Positions 19,684 through 29,487 of a stretch of 64,000 bases of DNA are shown one piece after another. The stretch is taken from positions 10,910 through 74,909 of the forward strand of contig CAZDRE010000008.1 in NCBI GenBank assembly GCA_964508155.1. Direction: 5' to 3'. The notes below the pieces were generated by a model. It made no database searches. It saw only the letters and a list, made by a program, of their open reading frames with translations, and had not been told where the DNA came from. Origin of the DNA: an uncultured Candidatus Bathyarchaeia archaeon. Lineage in GTDB: Archaea > Thermoproteota > Bathyarchaeia > Bathyarchaeales > DTEX01. Position 1 is the stretch's first letter. The number at the start of each line of letters is the position of its first letter. Both the position numbers and the translations under genes were made by a program.

Positions 19684-19769
19684 GCTTCCAAAGGGGGACC
19701 TCAATAAAAAATTTAAATGTCAGAACTATGTTGTAATTTTGGTTAAATAGTGTATAGAGGTGCCATATT

Positions 19770-20798
19770 ATGAGGAAGAATGGAGTGATGACCAACGGAA
19801 AGTTTGAGGGATTAATGCACATCGCCAACGCCAAGGATCAATTCACGATCCTAGCAACTGATCAGAGGGGATCACTAAAGAGGATGATTAACCCGGAGGA
19901 TCCGAGCAGCGTCACGCCGGAGCAGATGAAGGAGGCTAAGAGGGCTCTCATAAAGAATCTCGTTGGAAAGGACAGCCCTGGAAGAGCAAGCGGGGTTCTC
20001 ATTGATCCAGACTATTCTTATGAACGTGAATTCTTGAAGTCCTGCAATATCAGGGCTGACGTTGGCATATTGATGAGCATAGAGAAAAGCGGGTATGGCG
20101 GTAAGGGAGAGTTCGCACCTCAAGTCGAGATCTTCGGAGGCTTAGATGTAGAGGAGGCAGTCTTAAAGATAAAGAATAGAGGAGCATCAGCCGTTAAGAT
20201 GCTCATTTACTACCGACCCGACAGCCCGACGCATAAGTATCAGGAGGATATGGTTAAGGCTGTTGGAAGAGCCTGCGAGAAGTATGACATAGCGTTCCTC
20301 CTGGAGCCCGTCTCCCACTCCCTCGAGGGTGGACCGCACAAGAAGAAGAATCCGAAGGAGTTCTCTGAGATCAAGCCTAAACTCGTAATTGAGACTGCAA
20401 GGGAATTGACGAAGCCGGAATATTGCGTTGACGTTCTAAAGGCTGAGTTTCCGCTTAACCTAAAGTATGCTGAGGAGCTCGGGCAGGATCCCGCTGAGGC
20501 ATGCAGGGAACTCGACGAGGCAAGTCAGATTCCATGGGTCATCCTAAGCGCCGGGGTGGACTATGAGGAATTCAGGGAGAACCTAAAGTATGCCGTTGAG
20601 AATGGAGCGTCAGGATTCCTCTGTGGAAGGGCAATATGGAAGGAAGCGATTGGCAGAGAGGATATAGACGAGTTTCTCCTGACAACCGGAGTTAAGAGAC
20701 TTAATGAGCTCGTCGATATAGTCGAGGAAAAGGCGAAGCCATGGTACAAGAAATACGTGGACTCGATAAGTGAAATAGAGATCGTGAGGGGAGAGTAG
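19770..20798 (+). CDS. lacD: Class I aldolase, tagatose-1,6-bisphosphate aldolase (LacD) family
   Basis: LATDQRGSL, AVKMLIYY, DVLKAEFP, WVILSAGV, GFLCGRAIW. Confidence 0.85.
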   Translation: MRKNGVMTNGKFEGLMHIANAKDQFTILATDQRGSLKRMINPEDPSSVTPEQMKEAKRALIKNLVGKDSPGRASGVLIDPDYSYEREFLKSCNIRADVGILMSIEKSGYGGKGEFAPQVEIFGGLDVEEAVLKIKNRGASAVKMLIYYRPDSPTHKYQEDMVKAVGRACEKYDIAFLLEPVSHSLEGGPHKKKNPKEFSEIKPKLVIETARELTKPEYCVDVLKAEFPLNLKYAEELGQDPAEACRELDEASQIPWVILSAGVDYEEFRENLKYAVENGASGFLCGRAIWKEAIGREDIDEFLLTTGVKRLNELVDIVEEKAKPWYKKYVDSISEIEIVRGE

Positions 20799-20814
20799 GG
20801 GATCAGCGGATAAC

Positions 20815-21318
20815 CTAATAGATCGAGACCTTACGTATCCCCCTTACCTTTAATAGCTCCGGAACTATCTCTCCAGGAATCTTCTTTTCGGCTATCAAAG
20901 TCAGCTTAGGCTCGGGCACAAGCTCAGGATCATCCACTATAGCCTGCCTAATGCTTATTCCTCTCTTAGCCAGTAGATCAGATGATCTTGAGAGTATCCC
21001 AGGCATCCTCGCATCTACCGGAGTGATCTCTATAACTCCGAGATTCAGGTATCTAGCTACCTCCTTAAGTGAGGCTCCAGCTGGCTTTATCTGCCTGAAT
21101 ATCTCTCGTAGGGTGGGGTCATTCTCGATCATCTTTATCGTATTTTTTACTGTTCTCCTATCCACGCCAGCAGCCCGGCTTATCTCGACAAGCGGTATCA
21201 TTATCTTATCGCAGTATATCTTTCCATCCCTTATGCTGAAGCCATACTGCACAAGGATCTTAGCGACCGAGAGCCTTTCAGGATAATTCTTTAGGCACTC
21301 CCTAACTTTATCCCACAT
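20815..21318 (-). CDS. ACT-domain regulator of amino acid metabolism (COG2150-like)
   Basis: GVDRRTV, PGIL, ISIRQAIVDDPEL. Confidence 0.85.
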   Translation of the reverse strand: MWDKVRECLKNYPERLSVAKILVQYGFSIRDGKIYCDKIMIPLVEISRAAGVDRRTVKNTIKMIENDPTLREIFRQIKPAGASLKEVARYLNLGVIEITPVDARMPGILSRSSDLLAKRGISIRQAIVDDPELVPEPKLTLIAEKKIPGEIVPELLKVRGIRKVSIY

Positions 21319-21398
21319 TTCAGCCGCCTAAAATCTACTTTCAAAACATATCTATATCATCCTAAAATGCATATAAAGTTGATCTGCCCAAAAAAGGC

Positions 21399-22223
21399 CT
21401 ATAATAGGCTTTTCAGGGTCTTTAGGCTAACCTCAGCGATTCTCCTCGGATCATGGGAGAAATCGAATATCTCAACTGATATGAATCCAGCGTATCCAAT
21501 AGCCCTTAAGGCATCTATGATTGGCTTGAAGTTTAGGCTTCCGAATCCAGGCCCCAAGCCATTATCGTCATTAACGTGGAAGTGAACGAGATATTCTCGG
21601 CTCATCCTTATTATCTCAGGTATTGGCTTACATTCATCCAGCATGCTGTAAACGTCTAGGTTAAGTCTGAAGTTGGGATGGGAAACATCCTCTATCAGCC
21701 GTATCGCCTCCTCAGCTGTATTTATGAAGTTCGTTGATCTCTTGGTTAGAGGCTCAAATGCTATTGTGGCACCGTAATCCTCAGCAAATCGGCTACATGC
21801 CAAGAAAATTTCCCTAGCGTATCCCCAAGCCTTCTCGTAGGATACGTTATCCGGGATGCTTCTCTGTTTCGGCGAGCCGAATACTAGGATCCTCCCGCCT
21901 ATATCACTCGTGAACCTTATCAGTTCGCATAGGTATCGCTGAGTTGACCTTCTGATATTCCCGTCTAGGTGGGTTATATGGAGATCTTCTGGACCTACAA
22001 GGAGCCAGTGGATCCCAACGATCTCTAAATCGTAGGATGATGCTAAATCCCTTATCTCCTCTCTCTTATCCTTCCCGATCCTCCTCACATCATCTGATAT
22101 GGTGAATGGAGCTATCTCAATGCCGTCATAGCCTACGCGAGAGACATACTCAAACGTCTCCTCTAACCTCCAACCCTTAAATATCTCATTACATATTGAA
22201 ATCTTCATTTGATCACCAATCAT
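21399..22223 (-). CDS. Sugar phosphate isomerase/epimerase (D-tagatose/psicose 3-epimerase-like TIM barrel)
   Basis: GIEIAPF, VFGSPKQR, FEPL, LDVY, HFHVND, GPGFG, SVE. Confidence 0.85.
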   Translation of the reverse strand: MIGDQMKISICNEIFKGWRLEETFEYVSRVGYDGIEIAPFTISDDVRRIGKDKREEIRDLASSYDLEIVGIHWLLVGPEDLHITHLDGNIRRSTQRYLCELIRFTSDIGGRILVFGSPKQRSIPDNVSYEKAWGYAREIFLACSRFAEDYGATIAFEPLTKRSTNFINTAEEAIRLIEDVSHPNFRLNLDVYSMLDECKPIPEIIRMSREYLVHFHVNDDNGLGPGFGSLNFKPIIDALRAIGYAGFISVEIFDFSHDPRRIAEVSLKTLKSLL

Positions 22224-22276
22224 AATTTTAGAGACCTCAAATAGTTTATATTAGCCTCTACAATATTGTATTAAGC

Positions 22277-23737
22277 TTGGAGAGAGATATGAGCGTTCCA
22301 CTGGAGAGAATAAGTGAGTATACTTGGCGGATCCCAAAGAGCTATAAGCCTGGAATGAGGGTTCCGGGGCTTGTCTTCGCCGATGAGGAATTGCTCTCAA
22401 AGATGAAGACCGACAGGACGCTTGTCCAATGTGCGAATGTAGCCCATCTGCCTGGAATCTACAAGTATGCAATCACCCTCCCTGATGGACATGAGGGATA
22501 CGGATTTCCGATAGGCGGAGTTGCAGCCACGGATTATGAGGAAGGAGTTATCAGCCCAGGAGGAGTAGGATACGACATTAACTGTGGAGTTCGCCTCCTA
22601 ACGACTAATCTCTCAGAGAAGAATGTCAGGCCGAACCTGAGGAAGCTGGCCGAGATAATCTTCAGGAATGTCCCTTCCGGATTGGGAAGCCGGAGGAAGG
22701 CAAGCGTCTCGCCGAGCGAGCTCGACCGCATAGTCATAGAGGGCGTCCCGAGGGTCGTAGAGCAGGGTTATGGATGGCCTGAGGATATTGAGCGCTGCGA
22801 GGAGAATGGATGCATGAAGAATGCAAATCCAGATAAGGTTTCAAGCACGGCTAAGAGGCGCGGATTATCCCAGATCGGAACCCTCGGCTCGGGAAACCAC
22901 TTCCTCGAGGTTCAGAAGGTCGATAAGATATATGACCCTAAAGTCGCGAAGGTTTTTGGGATAACCCATGAGGGCCAAGTAACAGTGATGATCCACTGTG
23001 GATCACGCGGATTCGGCCATCAGATATGCTCAGATTACCTCCGCGTTGTTGAAAGAGCCGTTAGGAAGTACGGCATATCAATTCCAGATAGGGAGCTTGC
23101 ATGCGCTCCGGGTAAGAGCAGGGAGGCGGAGGACTACTTTGAGGCCATGTCATGCGCCGTTAATTATGCCTTCGTCAATCGCCAGATGATCACGCATTGG
23201 GTTCGCCAAAGCTTCGAGGAGGCATTGGGGATTCCATCAGAGAAGATTGGCCTAAGCCTAGTATATGATGTTGCACATAACATTGCGAAGATCGAGGAGC
23301 ATACTATCGACGGCAGGAGAGTTAAGGTGTGGGTTCATAGGAAGGGTGCGACTAGGGCTTTTCCGCCGGGACATAAGGTTGTACCAGCCGAGTATAGGGA
23401 TGTTGGGCAACCAGTCTTGATCCCGGGATCCATGGGCACAAGCTCATATGTGCTCGTTGGAACCTCAAAGGCCATGGAGATCTCGTTTGGCTCCACGGCT
23501 CACGGGGCTGGGAGAATGATGAGTAGGGCCGCCGCTAAGCGGAAGTTCTGGAGCGGAGATATAAGGAGGGATCTTGAGAGGAGAGGCATAGTCGTCAGGT
23601 CTGCAAGCGCCGTGGTCTTGGCTGAGGAGGCCGACTTGGCATATAAGGATGTTGATCGAGTCGCGGCGGTCAGCGACGCTGTTGGAATCGCGAAGCGGGT
23701 TGCGAGGCTCGTTCCTCTAGCCGTCATTAAGGGCTAG
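22277..23737 (+). CDS. rtcB: tRNA-splicing ligase RtcB
   Basis: PDGHEGYGFPIG, DINCG, GSGNHF, HRKGAT, STAHGAGR; no intein. Confidence 0.97.
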   Translation: MERDMSVPLERISEYTWRIPKSYKPGMRVPGLVFADEELLSKMKTDRTLVQCANVAHLPGIYKYAITLPDGHEGYGFPIGGVAATDYEEGVISPGGVGYDINCGVRLLTTNLSEKNVRPNLRKLAEIIFRNVPSGLGSRRKASVSPSELDRIVIEGVPRVVEQGYGWPEDIERCEENGCMKNANPDKVSSTAKRRGLSQIGTLGSGNHFLEVQKVDKIYDPKVAKVFGITHEGQVTVMIHCGSRGFGHQICSDYLRVVERAVRKYGISIPDRELACAPGKSREAEDYFEAMSCAVNYAFVNRQMITHWVRQSFEEALGIPSEKIGLSLVYDVAHNIAKIEEHTIDGRRVKVWVHRKGATRAFPPGHKVVPAEYRDVGQPVLIPGSMGTSSYVLVGTSKAMEISFGSTAHGAGRMMSRAAAKRKFWSGDIRRDLERRGIVVRSASAVVLAEEADLAYKDVDRVAAVSDAVGIAKRVARLVPLAVIKG

Positions 23738-24450
23738 CTTCCCCCGGCCTCTGAGTACGGAGTATGTAGAACCTCCCTAACTTTTTTGACGATCTTCGGT
23801 CCTAAACCGTGGATCTCCCTTGCCCACCTCTCAAGGTTTGCTAGGGCATTGAAGGGCGTGTCGAAGGATTCGAGTAGGCTTATGGCCTTCTCCCTTCCTA
23901 TGTTCGGGAGGCTTGAGAGAAAGAAGATCTGTGCGTCGGCTAATGTCTCAGTCTTCTTTACTGGATGGACTGCTGGAACCCTCTTTTCGACTATCTGCTC
24001 CTGCCTCGCCGATGTATAGAGGAAATCTATCGTCTCCTTATAGTTTGTCGTGTGGATCATGTTTATTCCATGCTTTGCCAGGGTGAACATTGCCCCCCAA
24101 ACAGATGATGGATTTACCCTGCTGAACTTGTAGATTATTGGGAAGTATCCTTCGATCAGTATGAATGGCTTTGGGTAGGCCTCCTTTAGGAGGAAGAGCT
24201 GATCAAACAGGTATCTTCGGGTGAGCGTGTAAACGAAGTCCTGAACCGTCTTCCTCTCGAATGCACATTCATCCGAGATTATATAGTCTCCCTTCTCGAG
24301 GTATCTGATCTGTATGATCGCCCCTTTCTCCCTTAATCCCTTAACGATCTTTGAGGCGTTGCTTGCCTCTCTGCTATCAACGATTATTATTGGCTGATCG
24401 GAGTCTCTATCTCTCTTTAGATATGGAACTAGGCTCTCAAATCCTGACAT
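23734..24450 (-). CDS. xpf: Short-form XPF/ERCC4 structure-specific nuclease
   Basis: VDSRE, GDY, ERKTVQDF and two HhH motifs. Confidence 0.9.
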   Translation of the reverse strand: MSGFESLVPYLKRDRDSDQPIIIVDSREASNASKIVKGLREKGAIIQIRYLEKGDYIISDECAFERKTVQDFVYTLTRRYLFDQLFLLKEAYPKPFILIEGYFPIIYKFSRVNPSSVWGAMFTLAKHGINMIHTTNYKETIDFLYTSARQEQIVEKRVPAVHPVKKTETLADAQIFFLSSLPNIGREKAISLLESFDTPFNALANLERWAREIHGLGPKIVKKVREVLHTPYSEAGGS

Positions 24451-24521
24451 GGCGATCGATAACTACTATTCTGGGCGAAACTTAAATTAATGTCTCCGTG
24501 AATTGCATGTGTGCTTTGGTT

Positions 24522-26549
24522 TTAAATTCCCAAAAGAATCATCAGGTTGTATTTTGCAATTAACCCCGCGAAGATTGAGGCTACAAGGGACATTACCGTT
24601 ATCAGCGTATTCAATGATGGGCCAGCGGTATCCTTGAATGGATCTCCAACTGTGTCGCCTATAACCGCTGCCTTATGGGCATCCGAGCCCTTCCCACCGA
24701 ATGCCCCGGCCTCTATATACTTCTTCGCGTTGTCCCATAATCCTCCTGCATTAGCCATTAAAAGGGCGAATATCAACCCACTCATTATGCTTCCGCCTAG
24801 ATATCCGCCCAGAGCTTCTACGCCACCCACGAATCCAACTGCTAGGGTTATCAGTATCGAGACTACGCTTGCCGGGAGGAGCTCCTTCAACGCTCCAGTA
24901 GTGGCTATATCTACGCATCTAGCATAGTCCGGCTTAACGCCCTCCCTACCCTCCTTTAATCCGGGGATCTCCCTGAATTGTCTCCTTATCTCCTCGATCA
25001 TCCTGAAGGCATTCTTGCTTACGCCCAGCATGACCATCGCGGAGAAGAGAGGCGGAACCGATATGCCTACGAGCATCCCCGCTAGAACCAGCGGATTCAT
25101 GAGGTCAAACCCTCCTGATCTCGTTAGGACCTGATAGGCCGCTAGGAGAGAGATGACCGTTAAGCCAGCCGCTCCAATAGCGAACCCCTTTGTTATGGCC
25201 TTCGATGTGTTTCCGGCCGCGTCGAGTCTATCGGCAACTTCGATTACATCCTCTGATAGTCCAGCCTGCTCGGCTATTCCCTTAGCGTTATCTGAGATTG
25301 GGCCGTATGCGTCTCCTGCAACTATCATTCCGACTATTGAGAGCATGCCTACCGCCGCCATGCTTATCCCGTATAGGCCTGATATCCCGAAGTATTCGGC
25401 GACGTAGTAGGCTATTGCCGATGCCACGCCTATTCCGAGTAGCGGGGGGAAGAGGCTTATCAGCCCATACGAGAAGCCCGTGATTATATTTATTGCGGCT
25501 CCAGTCCTCGATGAGCTTGCAGTCTTTATCGCCGGAGACCTATCTATCGATGTGAAGTAATCCGTTGTTATTCCGATTATGACTCCAGAGAGCAATCCTA
25601 TATTCGTTGCGATCCAGATTCCAATGTTAATCTTGAGGAGATACGTGGCTATAAGCGTGAATGTAGAGAACATTATGCATGTCGAGTATGTGCCGAAGTT
25701 TAGGGCTTTTCCTGGGTTTCCCTTCCTTCCAACCCTTACTATGGCGACTCCTATAAGCGAGGCTACTATTCCGAGGCCTGCAAAGATTAATGGTATCTGA
25801 TCCATGCTGATCGATCGGGCTACGCCGAGCTCCTTTCCAAGGATCATCGCCGCAACAACGCTTGCGACGTACGAGTCAAAGAGATCTGCTCCCATCCCAG
25901 CTACGTCCCCAACGTTATCGCCTACATTATCCGCTATGACCGCCGGGTTTCTGGGGTCATCCTCTGGTATTCCCATCTCGACCTTGCCTACGAGATCAGC
26001 GCCTATATCGGCTGTCTTCGTGTATATTCCCCCTCCGGCCTTGGCGAAGAGGGCCATTGCGCTTGCTCCAAAGCTATATCCGAGGATCACCTCGGGGTTC
26101 CCTGTTAGGCCGTAGATTATGCTTACTCCCAGAAGGCCCATTCCGACTACTGATAATCCCATAACTGCCCCTCCCCTGAAGGCTATGGGGAAAGCGTAGT
26201 TTATGCCCTTCCTCGCGGCGCTGGCCGCTCTTACATTCGCTTTTAGGGCTACCTGCATTCCGAAGTATCCGGCTAATGCTGAGCATGCCGAGCCGAATAT
26301 GTAGACCGGAGCTATTATTGGGTCTATGAAGAGGGCAGCTGACATTATGGCGAGGGCAGCTGACATTATGGCGACGAAGTATGCGAGGGTCACGTATTCC
26401 CTCTTTAAAAATGCGTCTGCCCCCTCCTTTATTGCCGCAGCTATCTCCCTCATCCTTTCGGTTCCGCTATCCTGTCTGCTCACATAACTATAGAGGAATC
26501 CGCCTGCAATTATGGCGGCTAGAGCCGAGATCGGAGCGATGATCCACAT
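24522..26549 (-). CDS. hppA: Membrane-bound pyrophosphatase, probably K+-independent H+-PPase
   Basis: GGGIYTKTADIGADLVGKVE, DNVGDNVGD, DAYGPISDNA, GDTVGDPFKD; GNTSK (Lys at the K+-dependence site); start set at ATG 26549. Confidence 0.93.
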   Translation of the reverse strand: MWIIAPISALAAIIAGGFLYSYVSRQDSGTERMREIAAAIKEGADAFLKREYVTLAYFVAIMSAALAIMSAALFIDPIIAPVYIFGSACSALAGYFGMQVALKANVRAASAARKGINYAFPIAFRGGAVMGLSVVGMGLLGVSIIYGLTGNPEVILGYSFGASAMALFAKAGGGIYTKTADIGADLVGKVEMGIPEDDPRNPAVIADNVGDNVGDVAGMGADLFDSYVASVVAAMILGKELGVARSISMDQIPLIFAGLGIVASLIGVAIVRVGRKGNPGKALNFGTYSTCIMFSTFTLIATYLLKINIGIWIATNIGLLSGVIIGITTDYFTSIDRSPAIKTASSSRTGAAINIITGFSYGLISLFPPLLGIGVASAIAYYVAEYFGISGLYGISMAAVGMLSIVGMIVAGDAYGPISDNAKGIAEQAGLSEDVIEVADRLDAAGNTSKAITKGFAIGAAGLTVISLLAAYQVLTRSGGFDLMNPLVLAGMLVGISVPPLFSAMVMLGVSKNAFRMIEEIRRQFREIPGLKEGREGVKPDYARCVDIATTGALKELLPASVVSILITLAVGFVGGVEALGGYLGGSIMSGLIFALLMANAGGLWDNAKKYIEAGAFGGKGSDAHKAAVIGDTVGDPFKDTAGPSLNTLITVMSLVASIFAGLIAKYNLMILLGI
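26331..26372. repeat. Perfect 21-bp tandem duplication (GAGGGCAGCTGACATTATGGC x2) inside hppA
   Basis: Read directly from the sequence; encodes AIMSAAL twice. Confidence 0.95.
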
Positions 26550-26672
26550 CAGCCCTACTTCCAAAACTATTTTTTGAGGAGCATCTTTAGGAATAAGAAA
26601 TAGCTGTTTATAAAAGATTCTATTCTCGTCTAAGCATTTCATCAGCCTACATTTATCCTGCCAGAATAAATC

Positions 26673-27249
26673 TTAGGTTTTAGTCCGCCGTCTCTTGATC
26701 ATGAGGATTACTGCTGTTATGCAGGCGGCTACAGAGGCGATGATGATCATCTGGGTCATCAAGAACCCCCGCCGCCTGGGATCTTAGGCTTTAAGCCTTT
26801 AAGTGCAAGTCCAAGCGTCCCAATGGGGGATACGGCCTCAGCAGATCCGAGTAGGCCTCTATACTCCGTTAGATCGACTATTATGGGCGCTGTGCTCTTA
26901 AGCCTATAAGTTCCAAGCGGGATGCTTCTGAACTCATCCGCTGAGAACATATTAGGTCTCCGAGCCCGACTATGCAATCCTCTGATGCGAAGATGTATGT
27001 CTCCCCTCAGTAACGACTATTACGGCTTCATTCCCGGCCCTCAATCCCAGAATTGAGACTCCACCCTCAACTGTGCTGTTGCTTACGTATAGGATCTTTG
27101 AGGGCCTTCGGCGGCCTCCTCAGGGGGCCGAAGTCCGGACCCTTATACTTCGGCGGATAATCATCGGGTGAGCTAGGATTGAAACAGTAGATTCTGGAGA
27201 TCAGAATTACGATTGCCAAGAGAATAAGAGCGGCCTTAATGCTTCTCAT
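26673..27249 (-). pseudogene. Fragmented gene for a secreted, C-terminally anchored protein
   Basis: Signal-peptide ORF 27249-27067, middle ORF 26977-26759, and TM+KRRR anchor fragment 26759-26673, all on the same strand in different frames. Confidence 0.55.
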
Positions 27250-27305
27250 AATCTCTCGGCATATACATTAACAAATCTCTCGGCCTGAAATAATAAAATC
27301 TTTGA

Positions 27306-28448
27306 TTATGCATTTGCATCGAGTCTCTTGGAGATGATCTCCTTTATTCTCCGAACTATTATCTTCTCCTCTCCATCCTGGAGGCATTGCGGATTCAATA
27401 TTATCTGGTTGCCTATTTGTTGGGCGTATATCGGAGGATCTCCCCTCCTCAGCTCCTCATTGATCTCCCTCGCCGTCATTCCAAGCCCCTTCTCATCGAT
27501 TGTTAGGCGGGCTCTAGGCCATCCCTGCGCTGAGTATTCATGCTTAGACGGATCCGGCATAAGCCTCTCAGCCCTTACATGCTCAGATGAGAGCTCCCTC
27601 ACGAAGTATTCTACGATCTTCTCCCATTTCTTCCTTCTTGCCTCAACGGCCTCCGGCGTATAATGCTGTAAAGCCACGACTAAACCTACTATCTGCTCCT
27701 TACTCACCTTCATCGGTCTGCCCATGTAGCAGTTTGGACATCCATGGGCTCGTATTGCCCTTATCAAGTCAGCCCTGCCGATGATGAAGCCCGTATCATT
27801 TGGGCCTCGAATATCCTTTCCTCCGCTGAATGCTACCAGATCAGCCCCCGTCGCCACTATGTTTCTTAGGTTCTCTATTGGAGGGAGCTCGGCAGCCGCG
27901 TCTACAATAACTGGGATTCCATGCTTCTTTCCTATCTCAACGACCTTTCTGAGAGCCTCTAAGTCGCAGCCCTTTTTAGATGTGAAGAACACAAATGCTA
28001 TCGCTAGGGTCTTATCTGTAATAGCATCCTCTATATCCTTCAGGGAGTATCCATCCTTGGTTCCAACCTTAACGAGCCTCGCCCCTGGAATGCAGAGGAG
28101 CCTCGCATACTGATTATCCTGGATCAGGGGGAGTATTATCTCATTCTTGAATCCGTCGATATATGGGATCCTAGCCATCTTCTCAGGGTCGTCACCGGTC
28201 ATGCATGCCGATACCGCTAGGACAAGCGCCGCTGCCGCTCCCGACGTGACGTATGCATCCTCTGCGCCCGTTATCTCCGCGATTATCCTCCCGGCCTTTC
28301 TGTGGAGCTCATTCATGTCGACGAAGGCCTTAGCCGCCTCATTCATGGCCTCTATGACTTCTGGAAGCATTATTGAGCCGCCGAGGGAAGTTAATGTTCC
28401 CCACGCATTTATTACCCGCTTGACTCCGAGCTTATCGTATATGCTCAT
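27306..28448 (-). CDS. SelA-like/DgaE-like PLP-dependent enzyme
   Basis: VINAWGTLTSLGGS, VDAAAE, FSGGKDIRGP, GRPMKVSKE. Confidence 0.85.
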   Translation of the reverse strand: MSIYDKLGVKRVINAWGTLTSLGGSIMLPEVIEAMNEAAKAFVDMNELHRKAGRIIAEITGAEDAYVTSGAAAALVLAVSACMTGDDPEKMARIPYIDGFKNEIILPLIQDNQYARLLCIPGARLVKVGTKDGYSLKDIEDAITDKTLAIAFVFFTSKKGCDLEALRKVVEIGKKHGIPVIVDAAAELPPIENLRNIVATGADLVAFSGGKDIRGPNDTGFIIGRADLIRAIRAHGCPNCYMGRPMKVSKEQIVGLVVALQHYTPEAVEARRKKWEKIVEYFVRELSSEHVRAERLMPDPSKHEYSAQGWPRARLTIDEKGLGMTAREINEELRRGDPPIYAQQIGNQIILNPQCLQDGEEKIIVRRIKEIISKRLDANA

Positions 28449-28617
28449 TTATTTCGCCAAGATACTCTAACAGATGAGCCATTATAAGCGTTTCTACAAG
28501 GGATCTCTTTGCTTCATGCTGATGGGCTCTTAACGATATAGAGTAACCTTTTTAACCTACATCTCGTTTTAAAACAACAAGCATTTCACATTAGAATGCG
28601 AGCTGGTGATCTGAGAG

Positions 28618-29442
28618 ACGATCACTGCCGGTTTAATTGGATGCGGATCTATCGGCTCTGCGATCGCAAGAGCGATCGATACAGGTGAGGCTGGAGACAT
28701 AACCTTAGAGTCCGTATATGACATAGTCAGGGAGCATGCTGAGAGACTTGTCTCCATGCTCATTAAGAAGCCCAAGATCGCCAGAAATGCCTATGAGATC
28801 CTCATGGATGACAGGATCAACTTGATCATTGAGGCTGCTTCTCAGGAGGCTGTTAGGCAATACGCGATTAAGGCCCTATCTTATGGTAAGGATCTAATGG
28901 TTATGAGCACTGGAGCATTGATTGACGATAAATTCTTCAATGAGATTTCAAGGGTTGCAAGGGAGCATGGAAGGAAAGTCTATGTTCCCTCAGGGGCTAT
29001 TGTAGGCTTGGATAATGTGAAGGCTGCTGCTGTCAGATCGGTTGATAAGGTCATGCTTGTAACGAGGAAGCCTCCTAGGAGCTTTGAGGGAGCCCCATTC
29101 ATTGAGGAGCGGAACATTGACCTATCGAGGGTCACCGAGGAGACCGTTCTCTTTGAGGGATCAGCCAGGGAGGCTGTTAGGCTCTTTCCGAGGAACGTTA
29201 ATGTCTCAGCGTCTTTGAGCCTCGCTGGCATAGGAGCCGACAGGACGAGGGTTAGGATCATAGCCGACCCTAAGGCTGATAGGATCACACATGAGATTTA
29301 TGTTAGGGGGGAGTTTGGGGAGATAATCACAAAGACGATTAATAAGCCCTTCCCTGAGAACCCGAAGACTAGCTACATAGCCGCTTTATCCGCGATCGCG
29401 ACGCTTAGGAAAATATCTGGAAGCATAATTGTTGGAACATAG
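28618..29442 (+). CDS. nadX: L-aspartate dehydrogenase
   Basis: N-terminal GLIGCGSIG in frame upstream of the ORF-track start; EAAS, STGAL, PSGAI, TRKPP, FPRNVNV, NPKTS; adjacent to nadC; apparent ACG start. Confidence 0.9.
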   Translation, partial: TITAGLIGCGSIGSAIARAIDTGEAGDITLESVYDIVREHAERLVSMLIKKPKIARNAYEILMDDRINLIIEAASQEAVRQYAIKALSYGKDLMVMSTGALIDDKFFNEISRVAREHGRKVYVPSGAIVGLDNVKAAAVRSVDKVMLVTRKPPRSFEGAPFIEERNIDLSRVTEETVLFEGSAREAVRLFPRNVNVSASLSLAGIGADRTRVRIIADPKADRITHEIYVRGEFGEIITKTINKPFPENPKTSYIAALSAIATLRKISGSIIVGT

Positions 29443-29487
29443 CCTTCACAGCATGTTAAGATTTTATTTTGCTAGTTAGATTCTAAT

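Noticed and set aside
4318-23737. Inteins in polB, mcm or rtcB
   Set aside because: Protein lengths are normal and the motifs are contiguous at the usual insertion sites.
16649-24450. Dedicated RNA-repair operon (macrodomain, P-loop kinase, RtcB)
   Set aside because: The genes are on mixed strands and separated by unrelated sugar and regulatory genes; there is no evidence of an operon.
27306-28448. Selenocysteine synthase SelA implying a Sec system
   Set aside because: Lacks the SelA N-terminal tRNA-binding domain, and archaea use PSTK/SepSecS; it better fits the SelA-like/DgaE group.
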